The notes under the pieces: model-generated
What the model saw: the letters and a program-made list of their open reading frames with translations, nothing else
Told to the model about the DNA's origin: nothing
The model's database searches: none
Position numbers and translations under genes: made by a program
Shown here: positions 11,644 to 21,837 of the stretch, piece after piece
Layout: the number at the start of each line of letters is the position of its first letter
Position numbering within the stretch: position 1 is the first letter of the stretch
DNA from: an uncultured Hydrogenophaga sp.
Lineage (GTDB): Bacteria > Pseudomonadota > Gammaproteobacteria > Burkholderiales > Burkholderiaceae_C
Length of the DNA stretch: 64,000 nt
Assembly (NCBI GenBank): GCA_964650505.1
Contig: CAZYUD010000009.1
Coordinates: 10,335 to 74,334, forward strand
Reading direction: 5' to 3'

Positions 11644-12264
11644 ATGGCCAGCAATGAAAAGCCGACCGGTCACGCCCGGATCGAGACCAGCAACTTTCTG
11701 ATGATCGTCCTCATCACCCTGGTGGTGGCGGTGGGTGGTCTGGTGGAGATTGTTCCGCTGTTCTTCCAGAAGTCGACCACCCAACCGATCGAAGGACTGA
11801 AGCCCTACACCGCATTGCAGATCGCCGGTCGCGATGTGTATGTGAAAGAGGGTTGCTACAACTGCCACTCGCAGATGATTCGTCCCTTCCAGGCCGAAAC
11901 CCTGCGTTATGGCCCTTACTCGGTGGCCGGCGAATTTGTGTACGACCGTCCCTTCCAGTGGGGCTCTAAGCGCACCGGCCCCGACCTCCACCGCGTGGGC
12001 GGCCGCTACAGCGACGAATGGCACCGTGTTCACCTGATCAACCCGCGCGATCTGGTGCCCGAGTCGAACATGCCGGCCTACCCTTGGCTGGACAAGAAGA
12101 CCGTCGACGCTGCGAGCCTGCCCAAACGCATGGAAGTGCTGCGCACCCTGGGCGCACCCTATACCGACGAGGACATCGCCGGCTCGGTAGAAGCCGTGAA
12201 AGGCAAAACCGAGTTGGAAGCGGTGATCGCCTACCTGCAGGTGCTGGGCACCGCGCGCAAATAA
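11644..12264 (+). CDS. ccoO: cbb3-type cytochrome c oxidase subunit II CcoO (monohaem cyt c)
   Basis: An N-terminal TM anchor and a [12 protein letters not shown] haem-binding site. Confidence 0.95.
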   Translation: MASNEKPTGHARIETSNFLMIVLITLVVAVGGLVEIVPLFFQKSTTQPIEGLKPYTALQIAGRDVYVKEGCYNCHSQMIRPFQAETLRYGPYSVAGEFVYDRPFQWGSKRTGPDLHRVGGRYSDEWHRVHLINPRDLVPESNMPAYPWLDKKTVDAASLPKRMEVLRTLGAPYTDEDIAGSVEAVKGKTELEAVIAYLQVLGTARK

Positions 12265-12279
12265 ACACGGAGGCCAGTC

Positions 12280-12417
12280 ATGGATATCAACGACATGCGC
12301 AGCGCTTTTACGGTGCTGAGTCTGCTGAGCTTTGTAGGCATCGTGGTGTGGGCTTGGTCCAAGCGCAACAAAGAGCGCTTTGACGAAGCCGCCCATTTGC
12401 CGCTTCAAGACGACTGA
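12280..12417 (+). CDS. ccoQ: cbb3-type cytochrome c oxidase subunit CcoQ (45 aa; not in the ORF track because it is under 60 aa)
   Basis: MDINDMRSAFTVLSLLSFVGIVVWAWSKRNKERFDEAAHLPLQDD. A single TM helix. The position between ccoO and ccoP matches the canonical ccoNOQP order. Confidence 0.7.
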   Translation: MDINDMRSAFTVLSLLSFVGIVVWAWSKRNKERFDEAAHLPLQDD

Positions 12418-12438
12418 GCCCCCAACAAGAGAACCATC

Positions 12439-13347
12439 ATGAGTGACTTTACAAGCGACTTCTGGCACCTGTTTGTGGCGGTCGGCACCCTGGTCAGCAT
12501 CATCGCCTGCTTGGTGTTGCTGTGGATCAGTGGCACCACCAAGGCTGCGACCCACGAGGACAACACCACCGGCCACGTCTGGGACGAAGACCTCAAAGAA
12601 ATGAACAATCCACTGCCCAAGTGGTGGGTCTACCTGTTCATCATCACCTGCATTTTTGCGCTGGGCTACGGAGCTCTGTACCCCACATTCGGCAAGTTCC
12701 AGGGTGCACTGGGCTGGTCGTCTCAAGGGCAGCATGTCCTTGAGGTGCAGAAGATGGAGCAGAACATTGCCCCCATCTACGCCAAGTTCACCGCCATGCC
12801 CCCCGAGGATTTGACCAAAGACCCACAGGCCATGGCCATTGGTGAGCGCTTGTTCATGAACAACTGCGCCCAGTGCCACGGCTCGGACGCGCGTGGCGCA
12901 CGCAGCTTCCCCAACTTGGCCGATGGCGACTGGCTCTATGGCGGTGACGCTGTGGCCATCAAGACCACCATCACCCAAGGCCGCAACGGCATCATGCCCC
13001 CCATGGGCGAAGCGGTTGGTGGCGCGGAAGATGTGCGCAATCTGGCCCATTACGTGATGAGCCTGTCGAGCACCCCCCACGACAGCGTGCGCGCCACCCT
13101 GGGCAAATCCAAGTTTGGTGCCTGCGCCGCCTGCCATGGCATGGACGGCAAAGGCAACACCGCCATGGGCGCCCCCAACTTGACCGACGGTGTGTGGCTG
13201 CACGGCTGGGGCGAAGAGGCCATCATCAAAGCCATCACTGCTGGCTTTAACAACCAGATGCCTTCGCAGGCGAAACTGCTTAACGAAGCGCAAATCCATG
13301 TGTTGACGGGCTATGTCATGAGCTTGTCGAGCAAAACTGGCAACTGA
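12439..13347 (+). CDS. ccoP: cbb3-type cytochrome c oxidase subunit III CcoP (dihaem cyt c)
   Basis: An N-terminal TM region and two CxxCH sites (CAQCHG, CAACHG). Confidence 0.95.
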   Translation: MSDFTSDFWHLFVAVGTLVSIIACLVLLWISGTTKAATHEDNTTGHVWDEDLKEMNNPLPKWWVYLFIITCIFALGYGALYPTFGKFQGALGWSSQGQHVLEVQKMEQNIAPIYAKFTAMPPEDLTKDPQAMAIGERLFMNNCAQCHGSDARGARSFPNLADGDWLYGGDAVAIKTTITQGRNGIMPPMGEAVGGAEDVRNLAHYVMSLSSTPHDSVRATLGKSKFGACAACHGMDGKGNTAMGAPNLTDGVWLHGWGEEAIIKAITAGFNNQMPSQAKLLNEAQIHVLTGYVMSLSSKTGN

Positions 13348-13392
13348 TCGAAACCGCGCCAAGAGGGCTGCCCAAAGCCGCTCCTTGGCTTT

Positions 13393-14829
13393 TTGTTTGG
13401 AACCTGTGTGACCCAAGCCGCAGAAAAAGCCGACCGCTCCGCCACCGAAGAGGTGGTTGTGTCACTGTACCAGTCGCGGCAGAAGATTTACCCACGCGCG
13501 GTGGTGGGGTTGTTCTCCAAATGGCGCTGGATCACCGTCTGGCTGACCCAGCTGGTGTTCTACGGCTTGCCTTGGTTGGTATGGAACAACCGGCAAGCCG
13601 TGTTGTTCGATTTGGAAGCGCGCCGCTTCTACATATTTGGCCTGGTGCTGTATCCCCAGGACTTTATTTACTTGACCGGCTTGTTGGTCATCTCGGCTCT
13701 GGCGCTCTTTTTGTTCACCGCCATCGCTGGGCGTTTGTGGTGTGGTTACGCCTGCCCCCAAACCGTCTACACCGAAATTTTTCTTTGGATAGAAAAACAG
13801 GTCGAAGGCGACCGCTCGGCCCGCATGCGGCTGGACAAGTCCGATCTGTCGATGGGCAAGGTCGGCAAAAAGTGGCTCAAGCACACGCTGTGGATCGTGT
13901 TTTCGCTCTGGACCGGTTTGACCTTTGTGGGCTATTTCACACCGATTCGCGATCTCGCCGCACTCAGCTGGACGCTGGCACTGGGTCCCTGGCAGACCTT
14001 TTGGATCTTCTTCTACGGTTTTGCCACCTATGGCAATGCCGGCTTTATGCGCGAACAGGTGTGCAAGTACATGTGTCCGTACGCCCGCTTTCAAAGCGCG
14101 ATGTTCGACAAAGACACCATGATCGTCACCTACGACGAGGCCCGGGGCGAGCCGCGTGGCGCGCGCAAAAAAGGCACCGATCCAGCCAGCGTGGGCTTGG
14201 GTTCGTGTATCGACTGCACCTTGTGTGTGCAGGTCTGTCCCACCGGCATCGACATCCGCAAAGGCCTGCAATACGAATGCATCGGCTGCGGCGCTTGCGC
14301 CGACGTGTGCGACGAGGTGATGGACAAGGTCGGTTACCCGCGCGGTTTGGTGAAGTACTCGACCCAAAACGGCATGCAGCAGGGCTGGACCCGCGCCCAA
14401 ATGCTGCGCCGCGCTTTGCGCCCACGCGTCTTGGTCTATAGCGCCATTCTGTTGGCCATCACCGTGGCGGTGTTTGTCAGCCTGGCGCTGCGCACGCCGC
14501 TCAAAGTGGACGTCATCCGCGACCGTGGCGCGCTGGCGCGCATGGTGGAGCAGGGCCGCATTGAAAACGTGTTCCGCCTGCAGATCATGAACGCGACCGA
14601 GTCGACGCAGCGTTACAGCATCAGCGTCTCGGGTCTGCCAGGGATCACATTGGCCTCACCCGCCGAGGTTGAGGTCTTGCCCACCGAGGTACGCTCCGCC
14701 GCCGTGCGGGTGCAAATTCCCCCAGGTGCGGCAGCCAGCGGTTCGCATACCATTGTGTTTGACGTTCGTTCGCAGGGCGAGGACGTCTCTCAGGTCAGTG
14801 AAAAAGCGGCGTTTTTGGTGCCGCGTTGA
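13393..14829 (+). CDS. ccoG: Cytochrome oxidase accessory 4Fe-4S ferredoxin CcoG/FixG
   Basis: Two ferredoxin-type clusters CIDCTLCVQVCPTGID and CIGCGACADVC, plus an N-terminal TM region. The exact start is uncertain (TTG at 13393 or a later GTG). Confidence 0.85.
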   Translation: MFGTCVTQAAEKADRSATEEVVVSLYQSRQKIYPRAVVGLFSKWRWITVWLTQLVFYGLPWLVWNNRQAVLFDLEARRFYIFGLVLYPQDFIYLTGLLVISALALFLFTAIAGRLWCGYACPQTVYTEIFLWIEKQVEGDRSARMRLDKSDLSMGKVGKKWLKHTLWIVFSLWTGLTFVGYFTPIRDLAALSWTLALGPWQTFWIFFYGFATYGNAGFMREQVCKYMCPYARFQSAMFDKDTMIVTYDEARGEPRGARKKGTDPASVGLGSCIDCTLCVQVCPTGIDIRKGLQYECIGCGACADVCDEVMDKVGYPRGLVKYSTQNGMQQGWTRAQMLRRALRPRVLVYSAILLAITVAVFVSLALRTPLKVDVIRDRGALARMVEQGRIENVFRLQIMNATESTQRYSISVSGLPGITLASPAEVEVLPTEVRSAAVRVQIPPGAAASGSHTIVFDVRSQGEDVSQVSEKAAFLVPR

Positions 14830-14854
14830 GCCTTTTGCCATCAGGATTTTCCAC

Positions 14855-15142
14855 ATGAACAAGCCCCAGACCTCTGTGCCCGAGACAGCTGCAACCCCGA
14901 TGTGGAAAGTGCCGCAAGCGGTGCTGGTGCCCGGTTTGTTGCTGGTGGGGGTGATTGCCACCACGGTGATGGTGGTGGTGTCCTCCATGGGGCAAGACCC
15001 GGTGCTCGACAAGGACATGTATGAGCGTGAGCGACTGGCGGCCCAAGCGCTGCAAGGCGAAGAGCGGGCCAAGGCGCTGTTGGCGGCACAGCCTGCCAGC
15101 CAAGGCCGCAACCACGCCGCCTCGCCGGTGTTGCCCGATTGA
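14855..15142 (+). CDS. Small single-TM membrane protein, possibly a FixH/CcoH-like remnant
   Basis: MNKPQTSVPETAATPMWKVPQAVLVPGLLLVGVIATTVMVVVSSMGQDPVLDKDMYERERLAAQ... It occupies the ccoH position after ccoG but is only 95 aa. Confidence 0.4.
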   Translation: MNKPQTSVPETAATPMWKVPQAVLVPGLLLVGVIATTVMVVVSSMGQDPVLDKDMYERERLAAQALQGEERAKALLAAQPASQGRNHAASPVLPD

Positions 15143-15183
15143 GTGTTTCACCCCCCCCCCTTGATCCCAGCGGGAGACCGAAC

Positions 15184-15441
15184 ATGATCAAACCCCAGCG
15201 TTGGATGACTGTGCTGTGGCCGGCTTTTTTGATGGCCGCTGTGCTGGAGATGGTGGTGTTTGCGCTGATCGACCCGGCGGACCTGCACTGGCACGGTGCG
15301 GTGCTGGACTGGTCGCGGCCGGCGGTGTACACCGCCGCGTTTTTTGTGTTTTGGGCGGTGGTGGCCGGCGCCACGTTTTTGACCGCCTTGCTCAGCTGCT
15401 CGGCGCGCGAAATCAACGGCGGCGAGGCGAGCGCCGACTGA
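15184..15441 (+). CDS. Small 2-TM membrane protein of unknown function
   Basis: MIKPQRWMTVLWPAFLMAAVLEMVVFALIDPADLHWHGAVLDW... It lies between ccoG and fnr. There are no recognisable motifs. Confidence 0.4.
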   Translation: MIKPQRWMTVLWPAFLMAAVLEMVVFALIDPADLHWHGAVLDWSRPAVYTAAFFVFWAVVAGATFLTALLSCSAREINGGEASAD

Positions 15442-16161
15442 TCAGTCGTTGTGGCAGGGCGTGACGATGCGTTTGAGCGCGTCGGTGTCGAGGATGCGCA
15501 CGTAGCGCTGTTTGACCTCGATGATGCCTTCGTCGACAAACTTCGAGAAGGTGCGGCTCACGGTTTCGAGCTTCATGCCCAAGTAGCTGCCAATTTCCTC
15601 GCGCGTCATGCGCAGCACCAGTTCCGACTGCGAAAAGCCGCGCGCGTGCAGGCGCTGCACCAGGTTCAACAAAAACGCCGCCAGCCGTTCTTCGGCCCGC
15701 ATGCTGCCCAGCAGCAGCATCACGCTGTGGTCGCGCACGATCTCGCGGCTCATGATCTTGTGGACATGGCTTTGCAGCGTGGTGAATTCGCGCGACAAGG
15801 CCTCGACCTGGTCAAACGGCATCACACACACCTCGGCGTCTTCCAGCGCCACCGCATCGCAGGCGTGGCGTTCGTTGACGATGCCGTCGAGCCCGATGAT
15901 TTCGCCCGTCATCTGAAAGCCGGTGACTTGGTCGCGGCCGTCTGGTGTGGTCACGCAGGTTTTGAAAAAGCCCGAGCGCACCGCATAGAGCGAGGTGAAG
16001 GGGTCACCCACGCTGAACAGCGAAGTGCCGCGCTTGATGCGGCGGCGGGTGGAAACCAGGCGGTCGAGTTTGGTGATTTCGTCGCTGTTGAGGCCCATGG
16101 GCAGGCAGAGCTCGCGCAAATTGCAATTCGAGCAGGCGACTTTGATAGCGGGCATGTCCAT
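15442..16161 (-). CDS. fnr: FNR/Anr-family oxygen-sensing transcriptional regulator
   Basis: An N-terminal cysteine cluster CSNCNLRELC plus an internal Cys. The cNMP-binding fold and C-terminal HTH ETVSRTFSKF are present. It is located beside cco and hemN. Confidence 0.9.
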   Translation of the reverse strand: MDMPAIKVACSNCNLRELCLPMGLNSDEITKLDRLVSTRRRIKRGTSLFSVGDPFTSLYAVRSGFFKTCVTTPDGRDQVTGFQMTGEIIGLDGIVNERHACDAVALEDAEVCVMPFDQVEALSREFTTLQSHVHKIMSREIVRDHSVMLLLGSMRAEERLAAFLLNLVQRLHARGFSQSELVLRMTREEIGSYLGMKLETVSRTFSKFVDEGIIEVKQRYVRILDTDALKRIVTPCHND

Positions 16162-16264
16162 AAGTGCTTGAGCATACAGCAGGGTTTCCCCTTGTGTCGA
16201 GTCCGAAAAATGGGCGTGTCAGCGCAAAGTGTTCATGCCAAATCAAGTGCTTAGCTGTGTTCCC

Positions 16265-16278
16265 TTGATGCATGTCAA
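16265..16278. promoter_or_regulatory. FNR-type box TTGATGCATGTCAA between fnr and hemN
   Basis: TTGAT-N4-GTCAA sits 42 bp upstream of the hemN start codon in the divergent region shared with fnr. Confidence 0.5.
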
Positions 16279-16319
16279 GCCGATGAGGGGTCGTCTGGTG
16301 CACATTTGAATTCATCAGA

Positions 16320-17711
16320 TTGGAGCGCCCAGTGAGTACAGTGATTGATCCCGATTTGCTCAAACGGTTCGATGTCCCCGGGCCGCGATACACCTCTTAT
16401 CCCACAGCGGATCGTTTTGTAGAGGCTTTTCGCGAGCCGGAATACATCCAAGCCTTGGAGCAGCGCCGTGAATCGGCGCAGGCCGCGCCTTTGTCGCTGT
16501 ACGTGCATGTGCCGTTTTGTGAATCGGTGTGCTATTACTGCGCCTGCAACAAGGTCATCACCAAACACCACAACAAGGCCGCCGAGTACCTGCGCTACCT
16601 GGAGCGCGAAATGGAGCTGCAGGTGGCGCACTTTGGCAGCGGGCGCAAGGTGTCGCAGCTGCACTTGGGCGGCGGCACGCCGACGTTTTTGTCGGACGAA
16701 GAAATTGGCCAGTTGATGGTGGCGATCCGGCGCCATTTTGTCTTGGTGCCGGGCGGCGAATACTCGATTGAGGTCGACCCCCGCACCGTCTCTGAGCAGC
16801 GCCTGCAGACCCTGTCGCGCCTGGGCTTTAACCGCCTGAGTTTTGGCGTGCAAGACTTTGACGCGGCGGTACAAAAAGCGGTGCACCGGGTGCAACCGGC
16901 CGAGCAGGTGTTTCGCTTGGTGCAGGTGGCGCGCGAGATCGGTTTTGAGTCGGTCAACATCGACCTGATTTATGGCCTGCCGCTGCAAACCCCCAGCTCG
17001 TTTGCCCAGACCCTGGCCACGGTGTGTGAGCTGCGGCCCGACCGCATCGCGCTCTACGCCTACGCCCATTTGCCCGAGCGCTTTAAGCCGCAGCGGCGCA
17101 TCCACGCCATTGATCTGCCGTCGGGGGGCAACAAGCTCCACATGTTGTCGATGTCGCTGCAGTCCTTGCAGGACGCCGGTTATGTGTACGTGGGCATGGA
17201 CCACTTTGCGCTGCCCGACGACGCGCTGGCGGTGGCCAAACGCCAGGGGCGTTTGCACCGCAATTTCCAGGGCTACAGCACCCAACCCGATTGCGACCTG
17301 ATCGCATTGGGCGTGTCCTCGATTGGCCGCATCGGCGCCACCTACAGCCAAAACGCCAAGACGCTGGAAGAGTATTACGACGCCATCGACCAAGGGCATT
17401 TGCCCATCGTGCGCGGGCTTGCGCTCAGCCGAGACGACCTGCTGCGCCGCTCGGTCATCATGGCCATCATGTGCCAGGGCGAACTGATTTACGAGTCGAT
17501 CGAGCTGGGCCACCTGATCAACTTCAAAAGCTACTTCGCGCGCGAGCTGGAGCTGTTGGGCGATTTGGCGGGGCAGGGCTTGGTGGAGTTGGACGCCCAA
17601 GGCCTGCGGGTGACGCCCAACGGCTGGTACCTGGTGCGTGCGATTGCCATGGTGTTCGACAAATACCTGCAAAGCGACAAAGACCGGGCGCGTTTTTCGA
17701 AGATCATCTGA
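16320..17711 (+). CDS. hemN: Oxygen-independent coproporphyrinogen III oxidase HemN (radical SAM)
   Basis: CxxxCxxC radical-SAM motif VPFCESVCYYCAC. The HemN-length C-terminal domain is present. Confidence 0.95.
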   Translation: MERPVSTVIDPDLLKRFDVPGPRYTSYPTADRFVEAFREPEYIQALEQRRESAQAAPLSLYVHVPFCESVCYYCACNKVITKHHNKAAEYLRYLEREMELQVAHFGSGRKVSQLHLGGGTPTFLSDEEIGQLMVAIRRHFVLVPGGEYSIEVDPRTVSEQRLQTLSRLGFNRLSFGVQDFDAAVQKAVHRVQPAEQVFRLVQVAREIGFESVNIDLIYGLPLQTPSSFAQTLATVCELRPDRIALYAYAHLPERFKPQRRIHAIDLPSGGNKLHMLSMSLQSLQDAGYVYVGMDHFALPDDALAVAKRQGRLHRNFQGYSTQPDCDLIALGVSSIGRIGATYSQNAKTLEEYYDAIDQGHLPIVRGLALSRDDLLRRSVIMAIMCQGELIYESIELGHLINFKSYFARELELLGDLAGQGLVELDAQGLRVTPNGWYLVRAIAMVFDKYLQSDKDRARFSKII

Positions 17712-17716
17712 GGCCG

Positions 17717-18385
17717 ATGCAAACCTCTTTGATCCTCTCGGCTTTTTTGATGGGCTTGGTGGGTGGCCCACACTGTGTGGCCATGTGTGGGGCCGCTTGC
17801 ACCGGCATTGTGCGGCTGGCGGGCGACCGGCCGCGCCGCGCCTTGTCGGTGTTTCAGGTCAGCCGCGTCACCGGGTACGCGCTCTTGGGCGCTTTTGCGG
17901 CGGGCTCGGTGCAGGGCTTGGCCTGGCTCAGTGGCAATACCGCCGTGGTGCGGCCGGTGTGGGCCAGCTTTCATGTGGCGGCCTTGCTCTTGGGCATCAG
18001 CTTGGTGTGGCTGGCGCGCCAGCCGGCCTGGGTCGACGGCCTGTCACAAGGCTTGTGGCGGCGCTTCAAACCGACCCTGCAGCGCCTGGGGCCACGCGCC
18101 CCTTGGGCCCTGGGCACCGCCTGGGCCTTGATGCCGTGTGGCCTCTTGTACTCCGCGCTCATGGTGGCGGCCTTGTCGGCCTCGGCCTTGCAGGGCGCGC
18201 TGATCATGGCGGCCTTTGGTGTGGGCACCGCCATCACCTTGACGATTGCGCCATGGTTACTGCTGCGCTTGCGCGGCGGCGCCTCGGGCGCTTGGGGCAT
18301 TCGGCTGGCAGGTGTGGCCTTGATGGCCACCTCCGGCTGGGCGCTGTGGATGGGCATCACCCGGCCCAGCGGCTTGTGGTGTTGA
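17717..18385 (+). CDS. DsbD_2/COG2836-family membrane protein with a predicted metal-binding cysteine motif
   Basis: MQTSLILSAFLMGLVGGPHCVAMCGAACTG... A 6-TM protein with a HCxxMCG motif. It starts 6 nt after the hemN stop. Confidence 0.5.
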   Translation: MQTSLILSAFLMGLVGGPHCVAMCGAACTGIVRLAGDRPRRALSVFQVSRVTGYALLGAFAAGSVQGLAWLSGNTAVVRPVWASFHVAALLLGISLVWLARQPAWVDGLSQGLWRRFKPTLQRLGPRAPWALGTAWALMPCGLLYSALMVAALSASALQGALIMAAFGVGTAITLTIAPWLLLRLRGGASGAWGIRLAGVALMATSGWALWMGITRPSGLWC

Positions 18386-18388
18386 GCG

Positions 18389-19299
18389 TCACGCCGCTCG
18401 GGCGCGCGAGGGCAGGGTGGCGAGCAACACACCCAGCAAAGCAATGCCAAAGGCCAGCGCCTGCACCGGGCTGAGCCGTTCACCCAAGGCCAGTACCCCC
18501 ACCGCTGCGGCGCTCACCGGCAGCATGACGGTGAACACCCCGGCGCGCGACGCCGGCACCCAGCGCAGCCCGGTCATCCACAGCCAGACCGTCCACACAC
18601 TGGCGGCCAGGGCGTAAAACACCAGCAGCAGCCACAGGCCAGAGGGCACCGCCGCAAAGTCGAACGACCAGGCCCACCACAGGCCCAGCGGCGTCACCAG
18701 CGCAAACCCCCACAGGTTGATGATGGCCGAAATGCGCCGTGGGCCAATGGCGCCGCTCAGGTGTTTGCCGATCACCACATACGCGGCTTCACACACCACC
18801 GCTGCGAACACCAGCGCATTGCCCAGCCACACCTGGGCGCCTGCTGCGCCGCTGGCGCTGGACTTTTCCATCGAATACAGCCCAATGCCCAGGGCCGCCA
18901 GCCCAATCGCCAGCCAGGTGCGCCAGCCAATGCGCTCGCGCAAACACACCCAGCTCAGCACCGCCACCACCGCTGGGATGGTGGACATGATCACACCAGC
19001 GGCCACCGCGGTGGTCATGCTCACGCCATAGAGCATGCAGATGGAAAACAAGAAATTGCCCAGAAAGGACTCTAGGAACAGCAGGCCTTTGGTGCGTGGG
19101 CTCAGCGGCGCTTCGTCGGCCGGTTTTTTCAACCAGCGCCACATGGCGATGCCCCCAATGCCAAAACGCAGCCAGGCCAGCAAAAACACCGGGATGGCAG
19201 CCACCAGTGGTTTGGACAGCGCCACATAGCTGCCCACCAAGGCCATGCTGAGCGCCAGCGCGCCATAAGCCCACCAAGGTGTGTGAGAGGGTTGTGACA
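18389..19299 (-). CDS. DMT-superfamily (EamA-like) transporter
   Basis: A 10-TM protein with duplicated EamA domains (MSQPSHTPWWAYGALALSMALVGSYVALSKPLVAA...). The start was set at the internal ATG. Confidence 0.8.
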
Positions 19300-19421
19300 T
19301 ATCGGTGCGTTGCGCTGGGGTGGGGTGCACCACCGTGGTGAGCCCAATCCCCCTATGCGGGTGGTGGATTTTATGATGAGGAAATGCCTTTTCTTAATAT
19401 GAAAAACAGCCTTGTTGCAGC

Positions 19422-19458
19422 GCAAAATATTTTCTCAATACAAGAAAAAATATTTTGC
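19422..19458. promoter_or_regulatory. 12-bp inverted repeat GCAAAATATTTT-N13-AAAATATTTTGC in an AT-rich island upstream of aceA
   Basis: Perfect inverted repeat inside a ~220-bp region of ~28% GC (19340-19560). Further palindromes follow: TCTTATATAAGA at 19508-19519 and TATAAGAC direct repeats. Confidence 0.5.
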
Positions 19459-19625
19459 ATAGAGAAAATTACATGCAAGCCATTGATTTATATAAAAAAA
19501 TATTTACTCTTATATAAGACATAAGAGCCTTCAAAAGTCTTGTATAAGACTTAAACTCTGTCCATCGGCACTGCAATTGCATGCGTTGCCGAACCGATCA
19601 CTTTGTCAACCCACCGGAGTTTGTT

Positions 19626-20957
19626 ATGCCCCAGTCTCTCAAAGAGCAACTCAGCCGTCAGCAACAAATCGAAGCCCTGGAAAAAGACTGGGCCACCAAC
19701 CCCCGTTGGAAAGGCGTCAAGCGCGGCTACAGCGCCGCCGACGTGGTGCGTCTGCGTGGCAGCGTACAGCCCGACTACACCTTTGCCCAGCGCGGCGCTG
19801 AGAAGCTGTGGGACAAGGTCAACGGCGGTGCCAAAAAAGGCTATGTGAACGCCTTTGGCGCCATCACCGCTGGCCAGGCCATGCAGCAGGCCAAAGCCGG
19901 TCTGGAAGCCGTGTACCTGTCGGGCTGGCAAGTTGCCGCCGACGGCAACACCTCTGAAACCATGTACCCCGACCAGTCGCTCTACGCCTACGACTCGGTG
20001 CCGACCATGGTGCGCCGCATCAACAACACCTTCAAGCGCGCCGACGAAATCCAGTGGAGCCGTGGCATCGAGCCGGGTTCGGCCGAGTTCATCGACTACT
20101 TCCTGCCCATCGTGGCCGACGCTGAAGCCGGTTTTGGTGGCGTGCTTAACGCCTTCGAACTCATGAAGAACATGATCGCCGCCGGTGCGGCTGGCGTGCA
20201 CTTCGAAGACCAGCTCGCCGCTGTGAAGAAGTGCGGCCACATGGGTGGCAAGGTGCTGGTGCCCACCCAAGAAGCTTGCGAAAAGCTGATCGCCGCGCGT
20301 TTTGCCGCCGACACCATGGGCGTGCCCACCCTGATCCTGGCCCGCACCGACGCGGAAGCCGCCAACCTGATCACCAGCGACCACGACGCCAACGACAAGC
20401 CCTTCCTGACCGGTGAGCGCACCCAAGAAGGTTTCTACCGCGTCAAGAACGGTCTGGAGCAAGCCATCAGCCGTGGCGTGGCCTACGCCCCCTACGCCGA
20501 TCTGGTGTGGTGCGAGACCGGCACGCCCGACCTGGGCTTCGCCCGCGAATTCGCCCAAGCCGTGCACGCCGCCTGCCCGGGCAAGCTGCTGTCCTACAAC
20601 TGCTCGCCGTCCTTCAACTGGAAGAAGAACCTGGACGACGCCACCATCGCCAAGTTCCAAGACGAGCTGTCGGCGCTGGGCTATAAGTACCAGTTCATCA
20701 CCCTGGCCGGTATCCACATCAACTGGTTCAACACCTTCCAGTTTGCCCACGCTTACGCCCGCGGCGAAGGCATGAAGCACTACACGAATATGGTGCAAGA
20801 GCCCGAGTTCGCCGCCCGCGAAAAGGGCTACACCTTTGTGTCGCACCAGCAAGAAGTGGGCGCTGGTTACTTCGACGACGTGACCACCGTGATCCAAGGC
20901 GGTTCGTCCAGCGTCAAGGCCCTGACCGGCTCGACCGAAGAAGAGCAGTTCCACTGA
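19626..20957 (+). CDS. aceA: Isocitrate lyase
   Basis: [46 protein letters not shown]... ICL signature KKCGHMGGK. It is full length at 443 aa. Confidence 0.95.
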   Translation: MPQSLKEQLSRQQQIEALEKDWATNPRWKGVKRGYSAADVVRLRGSVQPDYTFAQRGAEKLWDKVNGGAKKGYVNAFGAITAGQAMQQAKAGLEAVYLSGWQVAADGNTSETMYPDQSLYAYDSVPTMVRRINNTFKRADEIQWSRGIEPGSAEFIDYFLPIVADAEAGFGGVLNAFELMKNMIAAGAAGVHFEDQLAAVKKCGHMGGKVLVPTQEACEKLIAARFAADTMGVPTLILARTDAEAANLITSDHDANDKPFLTGERTQEGFYRVKNGLEQAISRGVAYAPYADLVWCETGTPDLGFAREFAQAVHAACPGKLLSYNCSPSFNWKKNLDDATIAKFQDELSALGYKYQFITLAGIHINWFNTFQFAHAYARGEGMKHYTNMVQEPEFAAREKGYTFVSHQQEVGAGYFDDVTTVIQGGSSSVKALTGSTEEEQFH

Positions 20958-21012
20958 TCTTCACAGGCGCCTGAGCGGGCGCTTGTGTCCAAAAAAGCCG
21001 TCTGGCGCTTAG

Positions 21013-21603
21013 GTGCTAGGTGGCTTTTTTGTGCCGTTTTGGCGGGCCAGTGTTGACAACACAAGCCCGGTCTTCAGTACATTGGCATTTCTTTCGGACT
21101 TTGGCAAACAACTCGTGCGGGCTTTGAACCAGAAGGGCATCTTGGTGGACCTGGCGCACTCCAGTGCCTCTTCGGTCGACCAAGCGCTGGAGATTGCCAC
21201 CCAACCGCTGGTGTGGTCGCACAGTTTTTTGAGCGCCAGTGAGCAGACGTTCAAGTCGCGTGGTTACCAGGCGCGGGCACTGAGCGAACGACTGGCCCGA
21301 AAAATCGCCGCCAAGGGCGGGGCGGTGGGTTTGTGGTCTTTGGGGCCGTCGTTTGGTTCAGGCGGATTGGATGGCTACGCCAGGGAGATCATCCACATGA
21401 TCGACACATTGGGCCCTGAACACGTCATGTTCGGCACAGACGAAGACGGCCTGCCCGAAGGCTCTGTCATCGAAGAGCTGGCGCACATCCGGCAGGTGGT
21501 GGACATCTTGATCAAGCGCGGCGTGGACAAGTCCACGATCAAGGCTGTTGCTTTTGACAACTACGCGCGCTGTTTGCGCATGGCCATGCAGGTCGCGGCC
21601 TGA
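21013..21603 (+). pseudogene. C-terminal half of an M19 membrane dipeptidase (renal dipeptidase family); the N-terminal ~150 aa are missing
   Basis: ILVDLAHSSASSVDQALEIATQPLVWSHSFL...HVMFGTDEDGLPEG matches the C-terminal half of peptidase M19. The ORF begins at a TTG only 55 nt after the aceA stop. The His/Asp zinc-binding N-terminal half is absent. Confidence 0.5.
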
Positions 21604-21837
21604 GGCGCTCATGGCGAGTGCGCTGTTCCGCGCTCTGCCGAGCGCGTGGGCCGTTTTATGAGAAAATCAGATGCTGTATTGGCATTTGATAAGAGCGAGA
21701 AAGGCGACCGGTTATGACACCGCGAACTCCCCGGGTTTTCCTTTTGGCCTCCTGAGGTCTGCAGTTCGCGCCTGCCCGTTTCCTTCAACACCCCATCAGC
21801 GCGGCCCATGCCGCGCTGTTTTGTTTCTGGACCACCC

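Noticed and set aside
13348-13392. Possible terminator CCAAGAG...CTCCTTGG-CTTTTT after ccoP.
   Set aside because: The stem is only 5 bp with mismatches. It overlaps the probable ccoG start region.
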